Below are positions 27,352 through 36,957 of a stretch of DNA of 64,000 nt, piece after piece; within the stretch, counting starts at the first letter, position 1, and every line of letters starts with the position of its first letter. The DNA is from Occultella glacieicola (GTDB lineage Bacteria > Actinomycetota > Actinomycetes > Actinomycetales > Beutenbergiaceae), in the NCBI RefSeq assembly GCF_004353825.1, contig NZ_SMNA01000001.1, positions 496,001 through 560,000 on the forward strand. Direction: 5' to 3'. The notes beneath the pieces were generated by a model. The model did not search any database and was not told the DNA's origin. It saw only the letters and a list, made by a program, of their open reading frames with translations. Made by a program: the position numbers and the translations under genes.

Positions 27352-29048
27352 CGCTGCTCGACGTCGACGACGTCTCGATCGTCTACGAACCCCGCGGCGC
27401 GGAGCCGGTCACCGCCGTGCGCGGCGCCACGTTCAGCCTCGAGCAGGGCGAGTTCGTGGGGCTGGTCGGTGAGTCCGGATCGGGGAAGTCGACCCTCGGG
27501 TTCGCGCTCACCGGTCTCGCGAAGGCGCCGGCCCGGATCAGCTCCGGGCGGATCGCCTTCGACGGCACCGACATCGCCCACCTCGACGGTGAGGACCTGC
27601 GCCGCCAGCGCCGCGGCGGCTTCGCCATGGTGCTGCAGTCCGGGATGAACGCCCTCAACCCGGTGCGCACCATCGCCAACCACTTCGCGGACATCTTCGC
27701 CGCGCACGAGCACGTGCCGCGGGGCCGGCGCCGCGAACGCGCGGTCGAGCTCGTGGAGAAGGTGGAACTGCCCGCCTCCGTGCTCGACCGGTACCCAGGT
27801 GAGCTCTCCGGCGGTATGCGGCAGCGGGTCGCGATCGCGCTCGCGATGTCGCTCGATCCCCGGCTGCTGGTGTTCGACGAGCCCACCACCGCCCTGGACG
27901 TGCTCGTCCAGCGGGCGGTGATGGACACCATCATCGAGCTGCAGCGGGAGGAGAACTTCACCGCGATCCTGGTCAGTCACGACCTCGGCGTGGTTCTGGA
28001 GTCGACGGCCAGGGTGCTCGTCATGCACGACGGGGTCATCGTCGAGGACGGCCCGTCCGCCCGGATCCTCACGGATCCGCAGGACGACTACACCAGGATG
28101 CTGTTGTCCCACTACGCGGATCCGCGCGCCGAGGTGGTCGAACTGCCCGGGCTGCGCGTCGCCGGTTCGCAGATCAGCACCACCGGCGAACCGCCGGCCG
28201 AGCCTGCGACGGACGCGGCGCCGTCGGGCCGGGCCGGCACCCGCACCGGGCGGACCCGTGCGGCCGTGGTGCTCGACGGCGTCAGCAAGGTCTACCCGCC
28301 GCCGCGCCGCGGCGAGGACCCGGTGACCGCCGTCGACGACGTCTCGTTCACGATCGAGCCGGGCGACGCCCTCGCCCTGGTCGGGGCGAGCGGGTCCGGG
28401 AAATCGACGATCGCGAAGCTGATCACCGGCGTGGAGAGGCCGACCGCGGGCACCGTCCGGCTCGGCGACACCGACGTCGGGTCCCTGCGCCGGGCCGGGT
28501 TGCGACGGCTGCGTCGCGACGTGCAGATGGTCTTCCAGGACCCGTACTCGGCGTTGAACCCGCTGCACTCCGTGGAATACACGCTGATGCGGCCGGTCGT
28601 GAACTTCGGCGGGCTGCGCGGACGCGAGGCCCGACGGCGGATGCTGGAGCTGCTCGAGATCGTCGGCCTGACGCCGGTGGAACAGTTCGCGGCGAAGCTG
28701 CCGCACCAGCTCTCCGGCGGGCAGCGGCAGCGCGTCGTGATCGCGCGGGCGCTCGCCTGCGACCCGCAGGTGATCATCGCCGACGAGCCGGTCTCGATGC
28801 TGGACGTGTCGCTGCGGGCCGGCGTCCTCGCCCTCATCGAGGACCTGCGTGAGCAGTGGGGCGTCAGCCTGCTGTTCATCACCCACGACCTGCTCAGCGC
28901 GCGGGTGGTCACGGACAAGATCCTGGTGCTGAACCGTGGCCGCGTCGTCGAGCGTGGCGAGACCGCCCAGGTGCTGCGGTTCCCCGAGGACGACTACACC
29001 GTCGAACTCCTCGACGCGGTGCCCCAGCCCGGTCGCGCCGCCGACTGA
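27348..29048 (+). CDS. Fused dual-domain ABC ATPase (OppD-OppF-like)
   Basis: GESGSGKST and GASGSGKST; LSGGMRQR and LSGGQRQR. Confidence 0.93.
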   Translation: MTLLDVDDVSIVYEPRGAEPVTAVRGATFSLEQGEFVGLVGESGSGKSTLGFALTGLAKAPARISSGRIAFDGTDIAHLDGEDLRRQRRGGFAMVLQSGMNALNPVRTIANHFADIFAAHEHVPRGRRRERAVELVEKVELPASVLDRYPGELSGGMRQRVAIALAMSLDPRLLVFDEPTTALDVLVQRAVMDTIIELQREENFTAILVSHDLGVVLESTARVLVMHDGVIVEDGPSARILTDPQDDYTRMLLSHYADPRAEVVELPGLRVAGSQISTTGEPPAEPATDAAPSGRAGTRTGRTRAAVVLDGVSKVYPPPRRGEDPVTAVDDVSFTIEPGDALALVGASGSGKSTIAKLITGVERPTAGTVRLGDTDVGSLRRAGLRRLRRDVQMVFQDPYSALNPLHSVEYTLMRPVVNFGGLRGREARRRMLELLEIVGLTPVEQFAAKLPHQLSGGQRQRVVIARALACDPQVIIADEPVSMLDVSLRAGVLALIEDLREQWGVSLLFITHDLLSARVVTDKILVLNRGRVVERGETAQVLRFPEDDYTVELLDAVPQPGRAAD

Positions 29049-29084
29049 CCCGCTCCGAAATCCCCGATCCTGGAGGACCAGAAC

Positions 29085-30305
29085 ATGACCGCAGCAACCG
29101 GCACCCAGGCGCTGACGTTTCCGGACGGGTTCCGCTGGGGCGCGGCCACGGCCGCCCACCAGATCGAGGGCAACAACCTCAACAACGACTGGTGGCCGCG
29201 TGAACACGCCCCGGGCACCTCGATCACCGAACCGAGTGGCGACGCCTGCGACTCCTACCACCGCTACCGCGAGGACATCGCGCTACTCGCCGAACTCGGC
29301 CTGGACACCTACCGCTTCTCGATCGAGTGGAGCCGGATCGAACCCGAGCCGGGGTTCGTCTCCCGCGCCGAGATCGCCCACTACCGACGGATGGTCGAGG
29401 CCTGCCACGAGGCCGGGCTGACCCCGATGGTCACCCTGATGCACTTCACGGTGCCGCGCTGGTTCGCGGACGAGGGCGGCTGGCGGGCCGATCGGGCCGT
29501 GGACCGGTTCCGCCGGTTCACCGAACTCGCGCTGCCGATCGTGGCCGACGGCGTCCCGTGGGTGTGCACGATCAACGAGCCGAACATCGCGGCCATGATC
29601 GCCGGCGGCGAGGACCCGGCGAACCTGGTCGCCTACGGGCTGCCGGCACCGGACCTCGCGGTCGCGGACACGCTGCTCGCCTGCCACCGGGCCTCGCGTG
29701 AGGTCCTCGCCGAGCACACCTCGGTCGCGTCCGGATGGACCGTGGCCACCCAGGCGTTCCAGCCCGAGCCGGGCTGCGAGGAGGTCGCCCGCGCCTACGG
29801 CCACCAGCGCGACGACTGGTACCTGGAGGCCGTCCGCGGAGACGACTGGGTGGGCGTGCAGGCCTACACCCGCACCATCATCGGGCCGGACGGGCCCCGG
29901 CAGGTGCCCGACGGCGTCGAGACCACCCTGACCGGGTGGGAGTACTACCCGCCCGCGCTGGAGATCGGGGTTCGCTCCGCCTGGGAGCTCACCGGCGGCG
30001 TTCCGGTGTTCGTCACCGAGAACGGGATCGCGACCGCGGACGACGCCCGTCGCATCGACTACACCGCCGGCGCCCTCGCCGGGCTGCACGCCGCCATCGC
30101 CGATGGCGTGGACGTCTGGGGCTACCTGCACTGGAGCGCCCTCGACAACTTCGAGTGGGCCAGCGGCTATCGGCCCACGTTCGGACTGATCGGGGTGGAC
30201 CGCGAGACCTTCGAGCGCACCCCGAAGCCGAGCGCCGCCTGGCTGGGGGAGGTGGCCCGCACCAACATCCTCAAGCTCGGTAACCAGATGGGAGAGAACG
30301 CATGA
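29085..30305 (+). CDS. GH1 beta-glucosidase
   Basis: WGAATAAHQIEG; catalytic TINEP and VTENG; DNFEW. Confidence 0.95.
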   Translation: MTAATGTQALTFPDGFRWGAATAAHQIEGNNLNNDWWPREHAPGTSITEPSGDACDSYHRYREDIALLAELGLDTYRFSIEWSRIEPEPGFVSRAEIAHYRRMVEACHEAGLTPMVTLMHFTVPRWFADEGGWRADRAVDRFRRFTELALPIVADGVPWVCTINEPNIAAMIAGGEDPANLVAYGLPAPDLAVADTLLACHRASREVLAEHTSVASGWTVATQAFQPEPGCEEVARAYGHQRDDWYLEAVRGDDWVGVQAYTRTIIGPDGPRQVPDGVETTLTGWEYYPPALEIGVRSAWELTGGVPVFVTENGIATADDARRIDYTAGALAGLHAAIADGVDVWGYLHWSALDNFEWASGYRPTFGLIGVDRETFERTPKPSAAWLGEVARTNILKLGNQMGENA

Positions 30306-31888
30306 GAAAGCGACTTGTCGCCGCCGTCACCGGCGTGCTCCTCGCGGCCGCGCCGGCGGCCGCAGCACCCCTGCCGACCGGACCGGAGGGACCGGCCGGG
30401 ACCGCGCCGTCGGGCCTCGACCGTGACCTGACCCGCGCGGACCGCGAGGAACTGCGCCGCTGGGCCGCGGACACGTGGACGTCGTTCGTGGCCATGACCG
30501 ACGAGACCACCGGCCTGCCGGCGGACAACATCGAGGGCGACCTCGACCCGGCGACCCGATCCGGGTACACCTCGCCGACGAACATCGGCGCCTACCTGTG
30601 GAGTACCGTGGCCGCCCGGGACATGGGCCTGATCTCCCGGACCGAGGCGCGGCAGCGGATGGCCCTGACCCTGGGGACGCTCGCCGGGATGGAGCGCCAC
30701 GAGCCCAGCGGCATGTTCTACAACTGGTACGACGAGGCCACCGGCGCCAAGCTCATCGAGTTCCCCGGCAGCGGTGAGGTGATCAACCCGTTCGTGTCCA
30801 CGGTGGACAACGGGTGGTTCGCCGCCGCCCTGATGGTGGTCCGTAACGCCGAGCCGCGGCTGCGGCACCAGGCGCAGGACCTCCTCGACGGCATGGACTT
30901 CGGGTTCTTCCACAACCCGGACGCGCGCGGCGGGGAGCTGCCCGGCTGGAACCGGGGCGGGTTCTGGGTGGAGCAGCCACCGCCGGAGCAGTGCAACGTC
31001 GCGGGCAACTACGGCGACCCGCAGGGGGAGCCGCTGTACTACACCTGTCACCATTACGACCTGCTGAACTCCGAGACCCGGATCGCCGTGTACGTGGGCA
31101 TCGCCCTCGGGCAGATCCCGGCCGAGGCCTACTACTCGCTGTGGCGCACGTTCCCGGACTCCTGTGACTGGTCCTGGCCGGAGCAGCAACCGATCGGGAC
31201 CACCCGCACCTACCTCGGCATCGACGTCTACGAGGGCACATTCGCCTACGAGGACCTGCACATGGTGCCCACCTGGGGCGGGTCGATGTTCGAGGAGCTG
31301 ATGCCGGATCTGTTCGTCCCCGAGTCGCGGTGGGCCCCGGACAGCTGGGGCGCGAACCACCCGCTCGCCGTGCAGGCCCACATCCGGCACGGGCTGGACG
31401 AGGCCGACTACGGGTACTGGGGCTTCTCACCCGCGTCGAACCCGTTCGGCGGGTACAACGCCTACGGCGTGGACGCCATCGGCATGCAGTCGGACGGGTA
31501 CTTCTCCGACGTCGAGGGCACCGACGTGGACCTCGGCTTCGGTGACTGCCGGGAGGCCACCAACCCCGAGCCGGAGTTCGGCGACGGTGTGGTCACTCCG
31601 CACGCGGCCTTCCTCGCGATCCCGTACGCACCGCGGGAGGCGGTCGACAACCTCGCCGGCATCGAGGATGAGCTCGGTGCCTACGGGCCCGGGGGGTTCT
31701 TCGACTCCGTGGCCGTGAGCGGGACGGCCGCCGAGCGGTACCTCTCGCTCGACCAGGGCATGATCCTGGGCGCGCTCGGCAACGTGCTCGGTCACGACTC
31801 GCTGCACCGACACTTCGCCCGCGGCGAGGTACGGCAGGTGCTGCAGCCCCTGATCGAGATGGAGGAGTTCTCCTCCGGCGTGTTCTGA
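30302..31888 (+). CDS. Secreted glycoamylase-like/DUF3131 protein, putative beta-1,2-glucan-active enzyme
   Basis: Signal peptide MRKRLVAAVTGVLLAAAPAAAA; TSPTNIG, FYNWYD, VSTVDNG, YDLLNSE.RI, WGGSMFE.LMP, DQGM. Confidence 0.75.
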   Translation: MRKRLVAAVTGVLLAAAPAAAAPLPTGPEGPAGTAPSGLDRDLTRADREELRRWAADTWTSFVAMTDETTGLPADNIEGDLDPATRSGYTSPTNIGAYLWSTVAARDMGLISRTEARQRMALTLGTLAGMERHEPSGMFYNWYDEATGAKLIEFPGSGEVINPFVSTVDNGWFAAALMVVRNAEPRLRHQAQDLLDGMDFGFFHNPDARGGELPGWNRGGFWVEQPPPEQCNVAGNYGDPQGEPLYYTCHHYDLLNSETRIAVYVGIALGQIPAEAYYSLWRTFPDSCDWSWPEQQPIGTTRTYLGIDVYEGTFAYEDLHMVPTWGGSMFEELMPDLFVPESRWAPDSWGANHPLAVQAHIRHGLDEADYGYWGFSPASNPFGGYNAYGVDAIGMQSDGYFSDVEGTDVDLGFGDCREATNPEPEFGDGVVTPHAAFLAIPYAPREAVDNLAGIEDELGAYGPGGFFDSVAVSGTAAERYLSLDQGMILGALGNVLGHDSLHRHFARGEVRQVLQPLIEMEEFSSGVF

Positions 31889-31893
31889 GCTTC

Positions 31894-31955
31894 GTCGGGT
31901 GCGACATTGTTGGTCCCTCGCGCGACGTTGAGGCCAACGATGTCGCGCTCGCGAC
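31894..31955. repeat. Imperfect long inverted repeat between convergent genes
   Basis: GCGACATTGTTGG...CCAACGATGTCGC with inner CCTC/GAGG pairing. Confidence 0.6.
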
Positions 31956-32001
31956 AGCGCGGCTGCTGTGGCTGGGTCGGGCGCGAGCCCGACGGCGGAG
32001 G

Positions 32002-32994
32002 TCAGGCCGGCAGGCCGGGCTCGCTTCCGCGGAACGTGCGTCGGTAGGCGCTCGGGGAGACCCCGAGGCTCGCCTGCAGGTGGGCGCGCAGCGACGTGGC
32101 GGTGCCGAACCCGGCGGCGCCGGCGATCCGGTCGACCGGCAGGTCGCTGTGTTCGAGCAGGTGCCGGGCGTGCTCGAGGCGCTGCCGGGTCACCCATTGG
32201 CCGGGGGAAAGGCCGAACTCGGCCCGGAACGCCCGGGTCAGGGTGCGCACACTCACGGCCGAGCGCTCGGCGAGCTCGGGCAGCGGAAGCGGCTGGGCCA
32301 GGTGGGCCAATGCCCAGTCCCGCGCGCCGCTCGTGACGGAACGGGGCCCGACCGGGACCGGCCGCTCGATGAACTGGGCCTGGCCGCCGTCGCGGTGTGG
32401 TGGGACCACGAGGTGCCGGGCGGCGGCGTTCGCGACCGCGACGCCGTGGTCGCGGCGGACCAGGTGCAGGCACAGGTCCAGTCCGGACGCCTCACCCGCG
32501 GACGTGAGCACGTCCCCGCTGTCCACGTAGAGCACGTTCGGGTCCAGGTCCACGGCCGGGAACCAGGCCCGGAACTGCGCCGCGGACTTCCAGTGCGTGG
32601 TGGCCTTGCGCCCGTCCAGCAGGCCGGCCGCGGCGAGCACGAACGAGCCCGTGCAGATCGAGGCGATCCGGGTACCGGGACGGATCCGGGCCATCGCGGA
32701 CGCCAGCTCCGGCCCGAGACGGCCGGTGCTGTCCGTCTCGTCAGACGCGTGGGAGGCCGGCACGATCACCGTGTCGGCCCAGGCGAGTGCGGCCGGGCCG
32801 TGGGCCACCGTGATCGGGAAGTCGGCGTCGGTGCGGACCTCGCCGGGCACCGGCGCCACCGTGCGGACGTCGTAGAGCGGCTCGCCGTCGGGGGTCTTGG
32901 CTTCGGCGAACACCTGGTGCACGAGGCCGAGCTCCATCGGGAGCACGCCGTCCCGGACGAGCACGGCGACCCGGTGGAGAGCAGGAGCAGGCAT
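32002..32994 (-). CDS. GlxA-family AraC regulator (DJ-1/PfpI plus HTH)
   Basis: ASICTGSFVLAAAGLLDGR.ATTHW; R.GGQAQF; double HTH. Confidence 0.92.
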   Translation of the reverse strand: MPAPALHRVAVLVRDGVLPMELGLVHQVFAEAKTPDGEPLYDVRTVAPVPGEVRTDADFPITVAHGPAALAWADTVIVPASHASDETDSTGRLGPELASAMARIRPGTRIASICTGSFVLAAAGLLDGRKATTHWKSAAQFRAWFPAVDLDPNVLYVDSGDVLTSAGEASGLDLCLHLVRRDHGVAVANAAARHLVVPPHRDGGQAQFIERPVPVGPRSVTSGARDWALAHLAQPLPLPELAERSAVSVRTLTRAFRAEFGLSPGQWVTRQRLEHARHLLEHSDLPVDRIAGAAGFGTATSLRAHLQASLGVSPSAYRRTFRGSEPGLPA

Positions 32995-33088
32995 GGCCCG
33001 ATTCTTGCGCACCTCGTCCAAAAGGTCACTGGTGGGTCCGCCGGCGAACCGGCACCGTGGATGGTCCACGACGAAAGGGACCGACCAG

Positions 33089-33853
33089 ATGAACGTGCTG
33101 TGGGTACTCGCCCATCCCGAACAACGCTCGCTCGCGGGTGCGCTGCACGCCGACGGCTTCGCCACCCTGCGGGCCGCCGGCCATGCCGTGGAGGTCGACG
33201 ATCTGTACGCGATGAAGTGGAAGGCGGTCCTCGACGCCGACGACTACCCGGAGGTGGCGCGGGGGTCGGTGCTGGAGGCGTCCGGGGAGGCCTACGCGCG
33301 TGGTGGGCTCAGCCCGGACATCCTCGCCGAGCACGAGAAGATCGCACGGGCGGACGCGATCGTGCTGCAGTTCCCGCTCTGGTGGTTCGGCATGCCCGCG
33401 ATCCTGAAGGGCTGGTTCGACCGGGTCTTCGTGCGCGGCTACGCCTACGACATGCCCGACCCGGACCGGCCCGGGCACACGATGCGCTACGGCCGCGGCA
33501 ACCTGGCCGGCAAGCGGGCGCTCGTGGTCGTGACCACGGGTGCGGGGGCCGGGCCGTTCGGGCCGCGCGGCATCCACGGCGACCTCGACGAGGTGCTCTT
33601 CCCACTGCTGCACGGCACCCTCTGGTACGCGGGGATCTCCGCGCTGCCGCCCGTCGCGATCCACGGCACGTCGGCGTACGGCGAGGCGGACCATGCCGCC
33701 GCGGTCGAGCTCCTGCGGACCCGGCTCGGCGAGCTGGCGACGGCCGAGCCGATCCCGTTCCGGCTCCAGGGGCCCGAGGACTACGACCGCGACCTCGCGC
33801 TCCGGCCGGAACTCGCCCCCGGCCGGACCGGGCTGAGCGTGCACCGTCACTGA
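33089..33853 (+). CDS. NAD(P)H dehydrogenase (quinone), flavodoxin-2 fold
   Basis: AHPE..S; DDLY; QFPLWWFGMPAILKGWFDRVF. Confidence 0.92.
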   Translation: MNVLWVLAHPEQRSLAGALHADGFATLRAAGHAVEVDDLYAMKWKAVLDADDYPEVARGSVLEASGEAYARGGLSPDILAEHEKIARADAIVLQFPLWWFGMPAILKGWFDRVFVRGYAYDMPDPDRPGHTMRYGRGNLAGKRALVVVTTGAGAGPFGPRGIHGDLDEVLFPLLHGTLWYAGISALPPVAIHGTSAYGEADHAAAVELLRTRLGELATAEPIPFRLQGPEDYDRDLALRPELAPGRTGLSVHRH

Positions 33854-33964
33854 CGGGTCGTTCGAGCGGTTTCATCCGAATCGGGTGAATGGTGCCCGGG
33901 CCCGTTGGCGGGCGAGGCGTCCGTGCGTACTGTCGAATACACGTCAATCAAGGGAGGGCACGCC

Positions 33965-34495
33965 ATGTCGTTGGACACATTCTTCGCCTACGTCGGGGTG
34001 TACGGCAGCGTCGACGATGCGGAGTCGGACTACGCCGCCATCAAGGAACTCCACACCGAGGTGGGGCTCATCGACGCCTACGACGCCGCGGTCATCGAGC
34101 GCACGTCCTCCGGCAAGGTCAAGATCGCGAAGAAGCACGAGACGCCCACCCGTGTCGGCGGAGTCTTCGGCGCCGGTGTGGGCCTCGCGACCGGCCTGGT
34201 CGTGGCCCTGTTCCCGTTCGCGGCCGTCGGCGGCGGCCTGCTCGCCGCCACGGCCGGCGGCGGGGCGGTGCTCGGAGCCGTGGCCGGGCACGCCGCGGCC
34301 GGGATGAGCCGTAGCGATCTCAAGGAGCTGGGGGAGGCCCTCGACGAGGGTCAGGCCGGGCTCGTCGTCGTCGCCGTGTCGGACCTGGAGGGCAAGGTCG
34401 AGCGGGCGCTCAAGCGGGCCGAGAAGATCGAGAAGAAGGAGCTGAAGGCCGAACAGGCGGCCATCGAGAAGGACGCCAACGACGCCAAGGGCTGA
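33965..34495 (+). CDS. DUF1269-like Gly-zipper membrane protein
   Basis: DAAVIER...GKVKI; G-x3-G-rich hydrophobic core; LKELGEALDEGQAGLVV. Confidence 0.75.
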   Translation: MSLDTFFAYVGVYGSVDDAESDYAAIKELHTEVGLIDAYDAAVIERTSSGKVKIAKKHETPTRVGGVFGAGVGLATGLVVALFPFAAVGGGLLAATAGGGAVLGAVAGHAAAGMSRSDLKELGEALDEGQAGLVVVAVSDLEGKVERALKRAEKIEKKELKAEQAAIEKDANDAKG

Positions 34496-34498
34496 GTC

Positions 34499-34530
34499 TT
34501 GTCACCATACCTAGAGGTAGGTATGGTGAC
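34499..34530 (+). promoter_or_regulatory. Leaderless promoter embedded in a perfect 13-bp inverted repeat (TetR operator)
   Basis: TTGTCA-N17-TATGGT-N6-GTG; GTCACCATACCTA-GAGG-TAGGTATGGTGAC. Confidence 0.8.
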
Positions 34531-34533
34531 GTC

Positions 34534-35103
34534 GTGTCCACCACGAACGAGAGTCGCGAACGGCTCGTGGCCGCCGCCCGCGACCTCTATGCGAGCCAGG
34601 GCGTCGGCGCGACCAGTCCCCGCCAGGTCCTCGCGGCCAGCGGCGTCGGCCAGGGCAGCCTCTATCACCACTTCCCGGCCAAGCACGACCTCGCCCTGGC
34701 CGCGGTCTCGGCCACGGTCGCCGACTCGCTGGCTGCCGCGACCGGCGAGCTCGGCGGCGACCGGCCGGCGCTGGACCGGCTGCGCGCCTACCTCGAACGG
34801 CCCCGGGACACGGCCAACGGGTGCCGCATCGGCCGGCTCACCAGCGACCAGACCGTGATGTCCGACGCCGAACTGGCCGCCCAGGTCGGGTCCTATTTCT
34901 CCGGCCTGGTCGAGTGCCTCACCGAAGTCTTCGTCGAGGCAGGAGTGCCCGACGGCGCAGCGTCCGATCGCGCGTACGCCGCCCTGGCCATCGTGCAGGG
35001 CGGGTACGTGCTCGCGCGGGCGCTCGCCGACCCGACCGCGATGCAGCGGGCCGTGCGCGGCTTCGTGTCCATGCTCGCGCCGGCCCCCGAGGAGACCGCG
35101 TGA
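34534..35103 (+). CDS. TetR family regulator
   Basis: SGVGQGSLYHHFPAK HTH; GC.IG. Confidence 0.9.
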   Translation: MSTTNESRERLVAAARDLYASQGVGATSPRQVLAASGVGQGSLYHHFPAKHDLALAAVSATVADSLAAATGELGGDRPALDRLRAYLERPRDTANGCRIGRLTSDQTVMSDAELAAQVGSYFSGLVECLTEVFVEAGVPDGAASDRAYAALAIVQGGYVLARALADPTAMQRAVRGFVSMLAPAPEETA

Positions 35104-35768
35104 GCGCCGACCCGACCGAGTTGCGCACCTGGCTGCGCGGCCTGCCCAGCTTCGAACGCGACCAACTGCCGCCGTTCGACCCCGAGGACGCCCCGGCGGA
35201 CCCGGCCGACCTGTTCCTGGCCTGGCTCCGCGACGCCGTCGAGGCAGGGTCCCCGGCGCCGCACGCGATGAACCTCGCCACCGCGGACGCCGCCGGAGTC
35301 GTGACCGCTCGGACGCTCATCCTCAAGGACCTGGACGAGCGCGGCTGGCACTTCGCCACCGGCTCGCACAGCCCCAAGGCCGTCGCACTCGCCCAGAACC
35401 CGAATGCCGCGATGACGTCGTTCTGGCCGGCCCTCGGGAGACAGGTCCGACTCGCCGGCACGGTGAGTGATCTCGGTGAGCCCACCGGTGCCGCGGACTT
35501 CCGGGCCCGTCCGCCTGGCTCCAGGGCCGCCGCACTGGTCGGTCGACAGAGCGAACCACTCGACTCGCGGCAGGAGTACTGGGACGCCTACGCGGCGTCG
35601 CTCGCGCGGGTAGAGGCGAACCCGGACCTGGTGGCACCCGAGTGGAGGGCGTATGCCCTCCGTCCGCACACCGTCGAGTTCTGGACGGCAACGCCCGACG
35701 CGGGCCAGATCCGGCTGCGGTTCCGGCGCGACACCGACACCTGGACCAGGGGTCTGGTCTGGCCGTGA
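35100..35768 (+). CDS. Pyridoxamine 5'-phosphate oxidase (PdxH/PhzG-like) flavoprotein
   Basis: PHAMNLAT, AR.LILK, S.K..L..NP, RQVR, RP..SR, QS..L, VEFW. Confidence 0.85.
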   Translation: MSADPTELRTWLRGLPSFERDQLPPFDPEDAPADPADLFLAWLRDAVEAGSPAPHAMNLATADAAGVVTARTLILKDLDERGWHFATGSHSPKAVALAQNPNAAMTSFWPALGRQVRLAGTVSDLGEPTGAADFRARPPGSRAAALVGRQSEPLDSRQEYWDAYAASLARVEANPDLVAPEWRAYALRPHTVEFWTATPDAGQIRLRFRRDTDTWTRGLVWP

Positions 35769-35797
35769 CCGTGCAGCGCGCCGCCGGGCTGAGGGGG

Positions 35798-36382
35798 TCA
35801 GGCCGGGGACCACGCCGGATCGCGCCCGGCGAACCCGAGCACGCGGTCGAAGGGTGGGGCGTCCGCCGCGACGGGAACCGGCGGGCCGAACATGCCCTCG
35901 CGCTCGGCGGCTGCGACCTCCGGATCCGGGTCCGGGGTGACGATCGGCAGCACCGCCTCCGCCTCGGTGTCGGTGGGCCGGTAGTCCTGGCCGGTGGCGC
36001 GGGCGAGGTCCCAGCCGTGCAGCAGCACCTCGTCGAGCGCGACCAGCCCGCATGCCTGCGCCGGGAACCGGACCGAACCGGCCATGGTCATCCCGTCCCA
36101 GGCGGCCGGGTCCTGCCAGGCTCCGGCGAGCTGGCCGAGCCGGATGGTGAGGGTCTCGCGCCAACCGTCGGGCAGGGGGTCCAGGACCGGGGCGGGCGGG
36201 GTCGACGTGGTGGGTCCTTCGATCTTCGCGGCCGCGTCTCGGAACGCCACGGTCAGGCCGAGGAGGTGGTTCAGGAGTTGCACCACGGGCGCGCCCATCG
36301 GTGTGGGCGCGTCGAGGTGCTCCTCGCGCACGGCCGGGATCAGTGCGGCCACGCGGGTGGTGCTCGGGGTGAGGTCGATCAT
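35798..36382 (-). CDS. TIGR03086-like (DinB/MDMPI superfamily) metal-binding protein
   Basis: LDAPTP...V..LLNHL; E.LLHGWDLARATGQ; FGPPV; GRDP. Confidence 0.85.
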   Translation of the reverse strand: MIDLTPSTTRVAALIPAVREEHLDAPTPMGAPVVQLLNHLLGLTVAFRDAAAKIEGPTTSTPPAPVLDPLPDGWRETLTIRLGQLAGAWQDPAAWDGMTMAGSVRFPAQACGLVALDEVLLHGWDLARATGQDYRPTDTEAEAVLPIVTPDPDPEVAAAEREGMFGPPVPVAADAPPFDRVLGFAGRDPAWSPA

Positions 36383-36504
36383 CGGGCTCTCCTGGCTCGG
36401 GGTCATCGCACCGGTACCGACCACGCCGGGCACGGGAAGTCATCGGTCCGGCACCGACCGCAGCCGGGGCGAGGACTGTCGCACGTGGCTGGCACCATGG
36501 TTCG

Positions 36505-36927
36505 ATGACCAGGACCGGCGCGTGGGCGCAGGCCGCCGAGTGGTGCCACAGCGTGTGTCTGGAGTTGCCGTCCGCCACGCTCGACCACCCCTTCGGCCCG
36601 GACTCGGACGTGTTGCGCGTGCACGGCAAGATGTTCGCGCTTATCACGGGCGTCCCCCACGTCAGCGAGCACCTGCTCGTCAACCTCAAGGCCGACCCGG
36701 TCGAGGTACCGCTGCTGATCGGCACCCACGACTTCGTGCTCCCGGCCTGGCACATGAACAAGAAGCACTGGATCAGCGTCGCGCTCGGGCCGGACGCGGA
36801 TCGTGGCCTCGTGGCCGGGCTGATCGAGGACTCCTATGACACCGTGGTCTCCGCGCTGCCGGCCAATACGCGGCGGTCGCTGAACTGGGCGCGAGACCGC
36901 TCGGCGGCGGAACCCTCCGGCCGGTGA
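36505..36927 (+). CDS. MmcQ/YjbR family protein
   Basis: PFGP....RV.GKMFAL; NLK.DP; PAWHMNKKHWIS; IEDSY. Confidence 0.92.
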   Translation: MTRTGAWAQAAEWCHSVCLELPSATLDHPFGPDSDVLRVHGKMFALITGVPHVSEHLLVNLKADPVEVPLLIGTHDFVLPAWHMNKKHWISVALGPDADRGLVAGLIEDSYDTVVSALPANTRRSLNWARDRSAAEPSGR

Positions 36928-36957
36928 GGTCCGAGTCGGCGGGCAGAATGGGCGTTC

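Noticed and set aside
23722..29048. Oligopeptide/nickel transporter call
   Set aside because: The fold is Opp-like, but the LacI regulator and two glycosidase genes in the operon point to a carbohydrate substrate.
26712..29261. Very long alternative-frame ORFs (this one, 37055..39190, 52644..54791, 59476..61479 and others)
   Set aside because: They overlap motif-supported genes, have Arg/Gly/Pro/His/Val-skewed composition and reflect stop-codon scarcity at high GC.
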